From Chiloscyllium plagiosum (lineage: Eukaryota): 63,417 nt of DNA. The notes under the pieces are model-generated. The model was not told the origin of the DNA. It did no database searches and saw only the letters and a program-made list of their open reading frames with translations. The stretch spans positions 16,760,115 through 16,823,531 of the forward strand of contig NC_057719.1 in NCBI RefSeq assembly GCF_004010195.1, written 5' to 3'. A program made the translations under genes and the position numbers. Each line of letters opens with the position of its first letter. Position 1 is the stretch's first letter. Shown here in pieces: positions 12,601 to 24,761 of this stretch.

Positions 12601-15600
12601 CAATGGAAGAAACTTTGTGCTCACTCTATCCATTCTTGTCTGCTCTCAAAAATACCCAATGATAATAAGCCACAACAGGCCATCACATTAAATAAATCCA
12701 ACTGTGAAACAGCTAATAAATGGCTAATAAATCAAATAAATAAAAAATACAGATGCACTTACTGCTTTATTGGAGGATCAGTGCATGCAATTTACTGGCA
12801 GAAATTTTAAAAAGCTCACCTGGAGGAGGGTGAGTAGTTGGCGGCAATACTGGGTGTGGGGTTTCCAGTTTGGGAATTTTGGGAGGCTGTAGCTCTGTTG
12901 GAGGTGAGAAACATACAGATTTCAGATATTTACAGAAACAAATATACGAGAAATATAAATACACATATTTTAAATGGGGAGTTCTACAAAATATAAAATC
13001 ATAAAAACTGCCAGGTTAAAACGCAAATGTTCATGGATGGCTTTCAGGGAGGTAAAATCAGCTCCTTATCCATCTATGCCTATATGAGAAGTTAAACCAC
13101 ACAGATATTCATGATTTGGAGATGCCGGTGTTGGACTGGGGTGCACAAAGTTAAAAATCACACAACACCAGGTTATAGTCCAACAGGTTTAATTGGAAGC
13201 ACACTAGCTTTCGGAGTGCCGCTGACAACCACCTGGTGAAGGAGTGTCGCTCCGAAAGCTAGTGCTTCCAATTAAACCTGTTGGACTATATCCTGGTGTT
13301 GTGTGATTTTTAACTTCACACAAATATTGACCTTTTATGAGCTCTGAATCAGGCAGGCCAATCCACTCATTTACAAACAATTATGGTGGCTATTGACCTG
13401 GAAACAGTAAGGAAAACTTACAATTGTAAAAATTATAAATTTCACAGACATTGAGAATTTTGAGAAGATTAGCAGCTAAGGTTGAGGTTCTGGATGTAGG
13501 TTTGCTCGCTGAGCTGAATGGTTCATTTCCAGACGTTTCGTCACCCTACTAGGTAACATCTTCAGTGGGTCTCCAGGCAAAGATGTTACCTAGTAGGGTG
13601 ACGAAATGTCTGGAAATTTTGAGAATGCTTGAAAAGGACTTAAGAGTTTGTAGAACTTGCAGTCTTCTTGGTTAATATGAAATACTGATGCATGAAAACA
13701 TTTCATATTTTCTACGTAACGTAGAAACCTTTGACCTGTAAGCAGTGCCATCAAGGAAAACTGCACATTAAAGAGTTGCAGGTACAAAGGAGCGCTAACT
13801 CTAGGAGACCACAGGCAATTAGAATATCAAATGCAGACATAAAAAGAGAGAAAATAAGAACAAAACAATCAACACACCATATCCTTCCAAAAGAAGAAAT
13901 AGATTTCTCTCAGAAAATGAGATTGTACTTGGCCAAAAATGATACAAGGATACTTGAAAGCAAACACAAGCAGGCGGAGAAGGTTATGCTACCGTGAAGT
14001 TGTAAGACAGTTCAGAGATCTAAACAGCTGGCTCATAATTGGCCAAACTGAACTAGACAGTTACTGGCTCTTGGTGTAGTTACTCCATCAGGTCTGTTAC
14101 AATCACAGAAGAGTGTGCTGCTGAGAATGCGGTTGTTGTATAGGACTCGTGACCTAATCTGTTTGATAAAGAACAGTCCCATATTGTGGCACTCCGTAAT
14201 TATGTATTGTTATATTTGTACAGGGAGTAAATGGGGGTGCTTGTGGTCTTGCAAAATGTAACTTTATCATGTTGACTATTTAATGCAAAATATACTTTTT
14301 ATTTAAAATTATTTGGCTGTTAATTCATGTTAAATTTATAGGAATTCTGGTTTGCATTTACATAATGAAACTTATTTGGCAAATTTCTATGAGGGATCAC
14401 TTGGCAAAGTTACTGTCCTGTGCAAGAAAGAGACACAGACATAACTATGGGTACTATTACTACAAAGCAGGATGCGCAACAAAGGTTAAAGCCTAAAAAA
14501 CGTTACCGGTTGTCTTGCCATCTTCCTTTGGCGAAGCCACCTAATTATGGAAGAAGCAAATATAAAAAAGTTAAAACTCAACATGACAACGTGGTAGAAC
14601 TTTGAGTGGAATAAAACAGTATCATTGTATGCTTTACTTTGTTATCAGCCCGCACCTTTAATCACAAAGAATATATCTTGACCAGAAATGATAATATATT
14701 TATATTGTTTGACTTACTGCAGGGCGCTTAATCTGCCGAGGTGGTGTTGACTGAGGTGAAAGTTTTTTGGTTTGCTGCACCTGCAGTGGTGGTATCGGTT
14801 GCTCCAAACTTGGTATTGTTGGCAGTTGTGGCTGGGGTGCCTGGGGCATCTGTTGTTGACCCTGGGAATAAAGGTCCAGTATCTGATGGCAGATGTCTAT
14901 GCAAGACCAAAAGAGCATCAGTCATTTTAACTGTAGAGAAACATATAGTCAAGGATATAGCTTTTATATAACAGATCAAGGTAGAAAACCAATCTAAGTT
15001 TGGAAAACGTAAAGCAACTGCATTGGGTTATCAAGTTGAGGCATCTTAATTTTATAATTACAATAGTTTCATTCCATATAAAGGAACATCAATTAAATGA
15101 TCAATCCTTCGAATCCTAACTGAAGCACTGGATTAGTTTATTGAGACTAAAAATCACTACTATTACATAAATTATACCAGGTTTAAGTTTTTCTTCCCTC
15201 CACCCTGTTTCAAGTTTAGGTTTATATCTTAACCCTTACAGTCTAAAAGAGCAATTGCATGTTGTAAAACAAACACAAGGTTGGCAAAATGATAACTTTT
15301 CCCAGAACATAAATGAAGATCTACATCAAACTATTCTTATTAAATTCAAAAAGCATTTTTTAAATAAAAAAACCTTTAAAAAAAGTTTTAGAAACATACA
15401 AGCAAATGTGTGTGCAACACATCACATTTTGAAGAGATACTGTCAACATTGCCTTAGTGATCTGCACTGTTTACTGTACCTTCCAGTAGTTCCACAGGCA
15501 CGTCCTGTACAAACTGTTCCCACCACCTTCTGTAAATGGGCTTAGCTGACCACTCTTGGATTTCAAATTTGCACAGCCTACCAGCGAGGTACATCACAGC

Positions 15601-18600
15601 CACAGCAATGATCTCTGGCTCCCACTGCAGACAAAGCATGGTGCACAGGCTACAAGACAAAAAGCACATTAGGATAAGAAAAAGGCTCACAGACATATCC
15701 TTTATAAGTCTTAAAATATATCCATTTAATGCCCAAATAGGCTTTTACATTTTTATTTTACAGTAGATTTAAAAAAACAATTATCTTACCTATCATTTAC
15801 AAACGTCCAAGCCATTTGCACCAGCTTTTGAAGTTTATTTTTGTCACCTGCAGAAAGAGAAAATTGGACTAACATTATGTGTAACCTCTAAGTTCAAAAC
15901 CTATGAATTAAAAAAGAAAAGGAGAGTTAAGACTAAGATCTTAAGTTTTCCTATTACATTTTAAAACTGTACCTACTGGCATTGAAGTGCAATTGACCTG
16001 CATTATTCTCACATTGCATTTGAAAGCTTTCCAACCTTTAAGGTATTAACAGAATCTTTGCCTTGATTTGCCAAAGCCCAAAGGCTGATCATTTAATTTA
16101 GGGTGCCCAAGCTTTCTGGCTCCTGATATCCCGTGGAGCCTCCAGCATACCTATAAAATTAATGTCCCCATTAATCTGCATATGTCTCAAGGTGGTGATA
16201 TTTTACCTTGGCATTCAGATTTAGAAATTGCCTTTACTTCTAAAAATATTACTCTTCAAAATTCCAGGTTACAAAAAAAGTATTTTGGGACAAACTAAAT
16301 AATTAGAAGTAGAAATAGAATTATGCTAAGCTTTGAATGTCAGATTTTTAGGTCATAATCATGTGACTCAGGCTGCAGGTTAGACACCCTGCTTCAAATG
16401 CTGAAATGTAGTATGTGCTATGTTTAGAAGCATGCGCATAACGTGCATTTCTTAGAAAACAGTAGTTCATGATTTATGTTCATGGCAGAAGATTTACCAC
16501 CACCAGCTCCTAACCCCAATCTATGTAACTTGTAAATGCACAAGGCCAGATACTTAGCCATGAAGATTGTAGGTTTGGCCCCTGATCTGTTTATGCCAAC
16601 AAGTAAAAGAAATAAAACAACCAGTAAATATAGCCACAAACTCCAGTTTTTTTTCTATTATGTAAAATAGGAGGGGTGAGAGACAGGGTGGGGAAAATAG
16701 AGATGTAACAACTGAGGTGACTTGCTCATGACCTTGACCCTGAGAGTGTGTACATAAGAAAAAAGAAAAAAAGGAGTGGGCTATTTGGCTGCACGAGCCT
16801 GCAGTGCAATTTACTAAGCTCATGTCTTATTTTATACCTTGATCTACTTTCCCATATGCTTTAATGTCCAAACATTAACTGAGCTCAATCTTAAACATGT
16901 TTCATAACAGAGCACAACTGTATGGGGTGGGGAAATACAAACATAAACACCTTAGCGAGTTTTGAGAAGATTTGTAACTCAGCTTGAGCTTTTGGATGTA
17001 GGTTTGCTCGTTGAGCTGGAAGGTTCATGAACCTTCATCCAGCAAACCTACATCCAGAAACACCTTTGAGACAAGGAATCTCTTCTCATTTTTGTCCTAA
17101 ATACCTGTCCTGAGACACTGGCCACTAGTTTCGCACTCTGAGACAGTGAGGTCTGCAGATGCTGGAGATCAGAGTTGAGAGTGTATTGCTGGAAAAGCAT
17201 AGCAGGTCAGACAGCATCTGAAGAGCAGGAAAATCGATGTTTCAGGCCAGAGCCCTTCCTGGTGCAGGTCTCTGGCCCAAAATGTCAATTTTCCTGCTCC
17301 TCGGACGCTGTCTGACCTGCTCTGCGTTTCCAGCAACACACACACACACAACTCTAGTTTTGCACTCTCCAGCCTGGGTAAACAACAATTGCGCATCTAT
17401 CCCGTCAAGCCTGTTATGAACCTGAAATTTTTCAATAATTAATTAAATAGCTAAATAACATGGAATTTCAATTCCTATCCATACTCAAATAACACTGTTT
17501 GAGTTGACAGAATGGACACTGGCCAAACAGAAGGGTTGAGTCCCCAAGAAAATGTGTCCCAGCAAGAACCAAATTAAAACCTTACAAGGAAGTGGAGGAA
17601 TAACCACAAGTGAACCACACACAGATACAGTTAAAGAACCAAGACAACGTGAAATTTGGTGGAGTTGTGAATAATGAAGAAGGTTATCCAAGAGTACAAT
17701 GGGATATACATCAGTTGGAAAGCTGGGCAGAGAAATGGCAGATGGATTTTAATTGCAAGCTTTGATTCTATATAGACAATTAAATAATCAAAAGATTAAA
17801 TGCAATGGCTCAAACATTGGTGTAGTGATCATGCATAACCTGGTAAGTCTTTGGGTTTGGCAAACCTTAGCAATTTCAAATATAGCTCATACCAAACAAC
17901 AAAGCAGTGCTTCCCAAACCTTTTCCCAGTGACCTGACTCAAGGCTCGAAAATTGTCTGTCCCTTTGGTGAAAACAGACATGGGGGGGGGCTTCACCCAT
18001 GAGATGAGACGGGATGCAGCAGAAAATGTGAGATAGCCAAGGGGAGTGGGGAGAAGCTCCACAGCGGCCATTATTGTTTCAATTTAGAACAAATTTCAGC
18101 TCATGCCTCCACTAGGGGAAGCCCTGCCACTGACTAGATATGATAATCCTGGAATGCAATTGTAGAGAAATTGCTTGCAATGGTGAAACTAGCAAAACTC
18201 ACTATCAGGAATTTTAAAAATTCAGAAGCACAATACATTAAAATAAGTTCTCTCAGCACTATTGAAAGAGCAAGCCAGGTGCAGTTTATTTTTCATGGCT
18301 TTTTGTATCTGATTTGAATGTGCATTCGCGAAGTGAAATACACATTGGGAGGACAACATGCTGAAACACTGATGGGTTGCGGAGTTAACATGCACAGCTT
18401 ACTTCTTATAAATACATTACAGACTATCATGTGCGTTGTATGTGTCTGCATGCATAACATTTATATACCCCCATCACTACAGCAGTGCATAAATCACTAA
18501 TCCTTTAGTGTGAACATTTAACATTGTATAGCAAGCAGCATTGTCAACATCAACATGTACAAGTCAAACAAACCACTATTAGAAATGTTTATCGTACAAC

Positions 18601-21600
18601 AAATTCAGAAGTGAACAAGGCTAGAATTAAGTTGAGATTCAGGCGATTATTTTAATTCAAACTAGACCTGGGACTTCTTTTAATTCAATCAATACTAATT
18701 TAGCAATGGAACATCTCTTGAAAATTTAAAGATTTAAAATCCAGGATTGTCACCCCACATTTTGTACAAAATTGATTTGGACTTAAAAAGAGAGAGTAGT
18801 TGTGGAGGTGTGTTTTTCTGACTGGAGATCTGTGATCAGTAGTGTTCTGCAAAGATCAGTGCCAAGACATTGGTTATATAAAAATGATTTGGATGAAAAT
18901 GTAGATGGTCTGATAAGTAAGCTTGCAGACAAGAAAATTGGTGGAGCCGTGGATAGTGAAGAAGGTTGACAAAGGATACACTAGGACATAGATCAGTTCA
19001 AAGGTTGGGGTGGAGAAATGGCAGATGGAGCTTAATCTGGACAAGTGTAAGGTGATGCATTTCGGGAGGTAAATTTCAAGAGGAAAGTATACACTAAGTG
19101 GCAGGATACTTAGGAGCATTGATATAAAGAAGGATCTTTGTGCAACACAAGTGGATAAGGTGGCATGCTTACTTTCATCAATAGTGGCAAAGAGTATAAA
19201 AGTTAGCCTATCATGTTGCAGCTGTATAAAACTTTAATTCAGTAAAATTTGGAGTATTACTGCAGTTCTGGCCAACACCCTATAGGAAGGATGTGGAGGC
19301 TTTGGAAGGTGCGAAAAATGATGTCGCCTATATTGGAGTTTATTATCTACAAAGGAAAAATTGGTCAAACATGGATTGTTTTTGCTAGAGCACTGGAGGT
19401 TGAGGGGTAACCTGATAGAAGTATATAAAGTGAGAGGCATGGATGGGGTGGATAGTCAGATCCTTTTACCCAGTATTGAAATGTCAAAATCTAGGGGGCA
19501 TAGGTATAAGTGAGAGTGGGAAAGTTTAAGAGATGTGCAAGGAAGATTTCTTTTCTACATAGAAGCTTGGAATGTGTTGCTCGGGGGAGATGGTAGATGT
19601 GGATACGATAGCAACGTTTAAGAGGCATTTAGACAGACACTTGAATAGGCAGGGAATAGAGGGGTATGGACCATGTACAGGCAGATGGGATTAGTTTTGA
19701 ATATCATGGTTTGTTCAGACATGGTGGGCCAAAAGACCTGTTCCTGAGTTGTACTGTTCTATGTACACTGTTACAATTACTATCTTCAGAAACATGGTAT
19801 TCAAGGGATAGCTGTTTCAGTTTTGTTTGAAATATGCTTTCCATTCTAATCAGTGTTTAAAAACAAAACTGACAAACTATAAATTGAAATTACAGAGATT
19901 CTGCATAAACATTTAATTCCAGTACCTTTAAGCTGTTTAGCATACTTAAGCAAGAACTGATAGGGATGTTCAACCTGCAAGTCAAATTTAATTGTCTGTA
20001 ACAAAATCCTCTCCAGTACCATGACTTCTTCCTAATTTAAAAACAAGATGAAAAGAAACACAATAAGTAAAAACATGGATACTCTGTTTTAAAATTATAG
20101 TATGGTAATGACATGCATGCTTAGGACTACATTATTCCTTTTCATATAGCGTTTTACTGCTAAACAGCATATCTGTTCTGAAACTATTTGATTTAACATT
20201 ACTGTACAAATGAGAAAAATAGGAGTATGTTATTTGGCCCCATGAGCCGGCTCCACCACAGATTAGTATTTATTTTTAAAACAAACTATGCCCAAAAATA
20301 GAATCACAGAAATGAATATACAATCAAATTTGCAGATGACACAAATATATATGGGAGAGCAAGCAGTAGTAGGATGACAACAAGTCTGCAGAGTGCCATA
20401 GATAGGTCAAGTGTGTGGGCAAAAACTAGGCAGATGGAATATAATAAGAAAACAGGAGGCTATGCAGTTTAGTGGGAAGAGAAGAGCAGAGTATTATTTG
20501 AATGGGGAAAGACTTCAGAAACCTGCAGAAGGGGATTCAGCTGTCTTGTGTCAGAGTCAAAGAAAGCTAGCATACAAGTTCAGCCATTAATAAGCAAGTC
20601 AAATGGATTGCAAATCTATATTTCAAAGGGAATGGAATAAAATAGGGAGATCTTGCTAAAACCATACAAAGCATTAGTCAGACCACACCTGAAATGCTGT
20701 GAACAGTTTTGATAATCTTATCTAAGCAAAGTTTAATGGCACTGGAGTAGTCCAGTTGATTCCATGAATAGAAGCATCTTCTTGTGAGGAAAGGTTGAAT
20801 AGGTGGGGCTTGCACTCAATGGAGTTCAGAAGAATTAATCATTGAAACATAGGTTTATAAATGGGAATGACATGGTAAATGCAGAGAGGTTGCTTTCCCT
20901 TGTGGGAGAGTCTAGGACTAAAGCACATAATCTCAGAAAGTAGTGAATCTGTGGAATTCTTTACTATAGAAGATTTTCAGGGCCAGTTAATTAAATGCAT
21001 TTAAGACAGCGATAGACAGATTTTTAATCATTAAGGGAATCAAGGGTTTCAGGGATAAGGCAATAAAGTGGATTTGAGGATTATCAGATCAGCCATGATT
21101 TCACTGAAAGATGAAGCAGACTCCATGGGTTGAATCACTTACTTCTGTTCCGACATCATATGTTCTTATAGAGGAAGATAAAATATAGTACGTTCTTGTC
21201 ATGTTATTGCAATATTTGGACAATGGAGTAAACAGACTAAGAACAGTTTCTCTAAACCAAATGCATACAGAAAATGTCTGCTTCACTGGACATACTGAAC
21301 AGAGTTGCCTTTTTCAGAAATTCATTTACAATACAATGCCTGAATGAATTGGCCATCCATTCAACATGATCTATCCCACAGACAAAATAAAAAAGGTTTC
21401 AGGCTTTGCTGGATTGCTTGTACATCCAGTCAAGCTGAGCACAAAATGTCCCATTGCTGTTTTTAAAAGTTTGCTGTTCTTTTTAAACTTTTGTTTTGCA
21501 TTTCTCTGCTTACCTATAGTGAAGTTATTTGTTCCAGCAGTAACTTTGCTTTTGACATTAATAGAGTCCAAGTACCAATCAACAGTATGAACAGTCTGTC

Positions 21601-24600
21601 ACTGCAAAGTGGGAGGGCCACATTTATCTTTAAGCATCACTGCAGAAGCGGCTACAGAACAATGAGTTGAGCGAAACAAACTCTCATACACAAAAGAAAT
21701 GTTCTGGATCCTATTCTGCAAAGTGTGGTCTTCTATTTTTCCACTCTCCTCTTTTCCTTTTCAAAATAAGCTTGTGGACCAGATCAAAAGGAGCACTTGG
21801 ACTGAATTTGCAGATGTACAATATCCTCTTAAGAAAAATAAGTGCAAAGATATTTAGCTCGAGAACAACTTCAATTCAGTAAAGATAAAAGTAGGTTTAC
21901 ACTGTTCCATCAAGGAACACTCAATATTAGTCAATCACACTTAGAATAAAATTATCTTTGCTTACACCAACACTTTTTTTACTCCACGAAATATTGTTGG
22001 GGGACCTGAATGATTCTATGCTACAGAAGAGAACACCAATATAGCTCAATTTTTCTAGTACTTAAAACATCTTTCCTCTTAGAAGGGTGGTAGACAACTG
22101 GAACATTCTGCCTGAAAGGGCAATAGAGGCAGAAACTCCCACCACATTGAAAAAGTGCTTGCGTGTCTACTTGAAGAGCCGTGACCTGCATAGAAATGGA
22201 TCAAGAGCAGGAAGGGGAGTTGATACTGGGTAGCTCTTTGTCAATTAGCATAGACATAATGTGCTGAATAACCTCCTTGTGTTGTACTTTTTTTTAATGA
22301 CTCACCACATTGCTCATATATGTATTTTGAAAAACTACAATTAGCAATAACCTTGGGATCATCTCCAAACTGTGAAAACTGTACATCATTCAGCAAACTT
22401 CGAGCGGTTTTAATGATGTCTTTACACTTTTTAGGAGTCTCTTCTACTTTCCCAGCCAGGAAGAGGCAGCAGGCTCCTGTAACCTAAAAAATAAAAAAAA
22501 AGTTAAATTCTAAAAATACATCAATTTAAGGTCTAGGAGCTTTACGCGATACCTAATATTAATTGATTTGGAAAGAGTACCTCAACAAGACAATATTCTA
22601 TCAGCGGGTATTGGCCTTATGCATCCAATCAGAACACAATGAAATTTTGTTACAAAATTTCTTTTAACATACTAGTGCTGTTTACGGACAGAGGCTGCAA
22701 ACTGCAGAATTTTTAAAAAATGTTGTTTGCTTTTTTATTTTCCCATATCAAGCCCTTTCTTCAACTGAACAGTAAATTATTCAACCTGTGGCAATATTAC
22801 TCTATAACTAGTGTCTCAGACAATGTTACTGATACTGGTGGAGTTTGCACTTATAGCGACAAACTGCCTGGCCTGTCAGAGTACAAATCAATGCAGAATA
22901 TTGCTTTGAATGATACAAACAACAGACAAGTACAACCAGACAAGAAAACCAGTGTGTACAGAGAGACTCTACAATACCAACATGGATAATATTTCAACCT
23001 TAATTTCCATCCTAAAATTACAATGAAAGGGTTCTCTATAGCTTGTTTTAGATTTGTCATAAGATGTATACTTTAAGTGGGTGGAAGAGAAACCTTAAAA
23101 CATATTGTTTACATAGTTCAAGTCTCAAGGATTCATACTATTGCTTGGAGTTTGTCAGTTGTTTCAGAATCTGTGGCTCTTATCAACATGGTTTTAGTTA
23201 TTGATTGGCTCTCATCACCTCAAGATGATGGTAATCTCTGGTGGACAACTTAACATCATACACAACACTGCTGTCCACATCAACCTTCACACCAAGTGCT
23301 GCCCACCTGTCACCCTAATGCTTGCTCAGCCATGACAGCTATTGGCTAAGCAGATGCCTAGATTTAAAATGCTCCCCCTTGAAAAAAAAAATCAAACTAC
23401 CTTAGCCCCAAATTGTCTGCTCCATTCAGTTCTGGTGTCCCTGATTTAAATATGTTCACCTTTAGTGTTCATGCCTCAGCTCCACACCCGGGTATTCTCT
23501 TTCCAAACTTTTACCTCTCCTTCACTCTTCAAAATGTTCCTAAAATGCTACCTGTTATGCCAAGCTTCTCATTCACAGCACTAATATCACCACACGTTGC
23601 TTGGTTTGAAAGTTTGTTTTATAGTGTGCTTGTGTAATGCCATTAATTACTTCAACAGAAGTTTATTGTTGTTCAGGAAAATATAACAAAGCAATGGAGC
23701 AATGCTATCGTCACATTAGTTTCATTTGGAATGACGGTCAGTACTTACATATCGTGGAAATTGCTTGAAGGAATGAAACATATAGAAACGATGAAAATAT
23801 ATTATTCCTGTGGCCAGTGTGTCATAATGTCTGTAGTTTTGGTTAAAGAAATATTCAGTTTGTTATGACTTCTCTCAGCAACTGTGAACAAAGCTGAAAG
23901 ATAGGAATGGGATTGTGGTGCAATGAGGATACATAACATACCTATGAGAGAGGCGATGCTTCTTCACAAGTACTATTACAACAAATAACTGGATGTTGAT
24001 TTCATTGTCAACACTGGAGGTTTTACACTTTAGATCTCCTTGGCCTGTTCTACACATTTCCAGACCAGTTCATCTCGCAGTCACACAGATGGAAAATTCT
24101 ATGTTCAATCCCTGAATTGTGCTGACAAAAATCATTGATTTTTCCTTTCTATTTTGTTAGTGGGAAGAAAATTAAACTTTGAAGTAAGGCACATATCCAA
24201 AGGGCACAACCCAAATTTTGGCAGCTTAGTATTTACTCTGGACTCTCAGTTTTGATGATAGGACACCCGAAATGTTAACTTTGTTCCTCTCTCAAAAGAG
24301 TTCAGATCTGTGGAGCATTTCCAGCATTTTATGTTATTAAGGAACTAGGCACCGAGATTTGGATCAAACATATCTCATTATCAGTTGTAATAATCCCATG
24401 TAAATTTACTCAATGTGCTCAATTTACAAAGAATCAAAAGTATTTTCTATAAGTTCCTGACAACAAGAACAACAATCTGTTGGCGAGGAAAGCATCCTGT
24501 TTCTCAGTCCTCCCCATCCACGCCTCAATTAAGGAATTTTGAAGAAGAAATTTTAAAAGGATACAGCCCCAAACGTGTTCCCACATCAAATATAAACCTG

Positions 24601-24761
24601 GCACCCTCCCGACGGTAGCGTGCCTCTGTTGCTGGATCAAGTCCTTCAAGTTGTGATGGGGTGTGGGCCAGATCCTTTTTGTCCCAATACCAGCATGGCT
24701 TCCTGAGGTCTGCATTTGCCAGTGCTGTAGTTGGGGTGGAGTTCTCCTTATTTTCCTTCAT
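9054..24761 (-). CDS. CCNK: Cyclin K, spliced CDS (10 coding exons, 1617 nt, 538 aa)
   Basis: Exons 24565-24761, 23749-23830, 22352-22483, 19926-20031, 15790-15847, 15480-15649, 14718-14896, 14507-14540, 12820-12894 and 9054-9637 join in frame, all GT-AG. The protein (MKENKENS...[54 protein letters not shown]...) with a proline-rich tail matches vertebrate cyclin K. Confidence 0.98.
9960..10070 (+). mobile_element. Old LINE/SINE shared 3' tail fragment
   Basis: 'ctcaagagcaattagg...taaatgctagcctagtcagcagtgccca' recurs degenerately at 35350-35430 and 60530-60600. Confidence 0.55.
10140..10405 (-). mobile_element. Young CR1 3' fragment with an internal deletion of about 250 nt
   Basis: Near-identical to 46998-47197 and 47447-47510 of the young CR1; encodes [52 protein letters not shown]. 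Confidence 0.9.
11135..11960 (+). mobile_element. CR1 (HER1-like) LINE, 5'-truncated, in CCNK intron 10
   Basis: Degenerate WQMEFN.DKC.VLHFG and [19 protein letters not shown] motifs; 3' tail 'gtacatctctatgactatg'. Confidence 0.9.
12820..12894 (-). CDS. CCNK: CCNK exon 10 (75 nt)
   Basis: CAACAG|AG ... CCA G|GTGAGC; encodes (E)[24 protein letters not shown]. Confidence 0.95.
13110..13316. mobile_element. Penelope-related fold-back element with 12-bp TSD
   Basis: Arms are reverse complements; TSD CACACAGATATT (13098-13109) / CACACAAATATT (13317-13328); hammerhead-like core CAC-CTGGTGA-A-GGAGT-GTC-GCTCC-GAAA-GCTA-GTG with a mutated A6. Confidence 0.85.
13459..13618. mobile_element. Penelope-related fold-back element with 8-bp TSD
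   Basis: 13524-13562 is inverted at 13580-13617; TSD TTGAGAAT (13451-13458 and 13619-13626). Confidence 0.8.
13529..13568 (-). ncRNA. Minimal type-I hammerhead ribozyme motif (CCNK-sense, intron 9)
   Basis: Minus strand reads CCA-CTGAAGA-T-GTTACC-TAGTAG-GGTGAC-GAAA-CG-TC-TGG: intact CUGANGA and GAAA core, stem II, 3-bp stem I (CCA/TGG), GUC cleavage triplet. Confidence 0.7.
14507..14540 (-). CDS. CCNK: CCNK exon 9 (34-nt micro-exon)
   Basis: CTTCCATAATTAG|GTG GCT TCG CCA AAG GAA GAT GGC AAG ACA ACC G|GTAACG = [11 protein letters not shown], homologous to human VVSPKEENKAA; needed to keep the frame. Confidence 0.92.
14718..14896 (-). CDS. CCNK: CCNK exon 8 (179 nt)
   Basis: GCATAG|AC ... 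GCA|GTAAGT; encodes (D)[18 protein letters not shown]...PPRQIKRPA. Confidence 0.95.
15480..15649 (-). CDS. CCNK: CCNK exon 7 (170 nt)
   Basis: CTTGTAG|C ... GAA G|GTACAG; encodes [33 protein letters not shown]...VELLE. Confidence 0.97.
15790..15847 (-). CDS. CCNK: CCNK exon 6 (58 nt)
   Basis: CTGCAG|GT ... GAT AG|GTAAGA; encodes (G)[18 protein letters not shown](S). Confidence 0.97.
16954..17057. mobile_element. Miniature fold-back element (same family as 13459) with 9-bp TSD, inside an old CR1
   Basis: 'ggatgtaggtttgct..gaaggttca|tgaaccttc..agcaaacctacatcc'; TSD AAACACCTT at 16945-16953 and 17058-17066. Confidence 0.8.
17140..17353. mobile_element. Penelope-related fold-back element (family 'GTGAGGTCTGCAGATGCTGGAG') with 15-bp TSD
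   Basis: Inverted arms; TSD CTAGTTTCGCACTCT (17125-17139) / CTAGTTTTGCACTCT (17354-17368). Confidence 0.85.
17905..18126. mobile_element. Possible hAT-type MITE remnant
   Basis: Ends CAGTGCTTCCC... and ...GGGAAGCCCTG form a 10/11 inverted match resembling Charlie-type TIRs; no 8-bp TSD seen. Confidence 0.35.
18790..19765 (+). mobile_element. CR1 LINE, 5'-truncated and degenerate
   Basis: Degenerate RT C-terminal motifs (W...TSG.PQGS, KWQME.N.DKC.VMHFG); tail 'gtactgttctatgt'. Confidence 0.85.
19926..20031 (-). CDS. CCNK: CCNK exon 5 (106 nt)
   Basis: AATTAG|GAA ... AAA G|GTACTG; encodes [35 protein letters not shown]. Confidence 0.97.
20325..21170 (+). mobile_element. Old CR1 LINE 3' portion
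   Basis: KFADDT-like start; 3' UTR 'atcagatcagccatgat...cttacttctgttcc'. Confidence 0.8.
22352..22483 (-). CDS. CCNK: CCNK exon 4 (132 nt)
   Basis: TTTTTAG|GTT ... AAG|GTTATT; encodes [44 protein letters not shown]. Confidence 0.97.
23749..23830 (-). CDS. CCNK: CCNK exon 3 (82 nt)
   Basis: CTACAG|A ... TAT|GTAAGT; encodes (L)[27 protein letters not shown]. Confidence 0.97.
23831..24564 (-). other. CCNK: U12-type (minor spliceosome) GT-AG intron, CCNK intron 2, 734 bp
   Basis: Donor GTATCCTTTT; branch-point motif TTCTTTAAC at 23842-23850, about 10 nt before the AG; no polypyrimidine tract. Confidence 0.93.
24565..24761 (-). CDS. CCNK: CCNK exon 2 coding part (exon 24565-24765; ATG at 24759-24761)
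   Basis: TTTTCTGATTCCAG|GTAA ATG AAG GAA AAT AAG; encodes MKENKENS...DVGTRLG(L). Confidence 0.97.

Noticed and set aside
15695..15703. ATATCCTTT, a U12 AT-AC donor-like motif
   Set aside because: On the plus strand, antisense to CCNK; intron 6 is an ordinary GT-AG intron.
22346..22351. Weak donor GTTATT after CCNK exon 4
   Set aside because: Exon length and frame fit the conserved protein; no evidence for alternative use.
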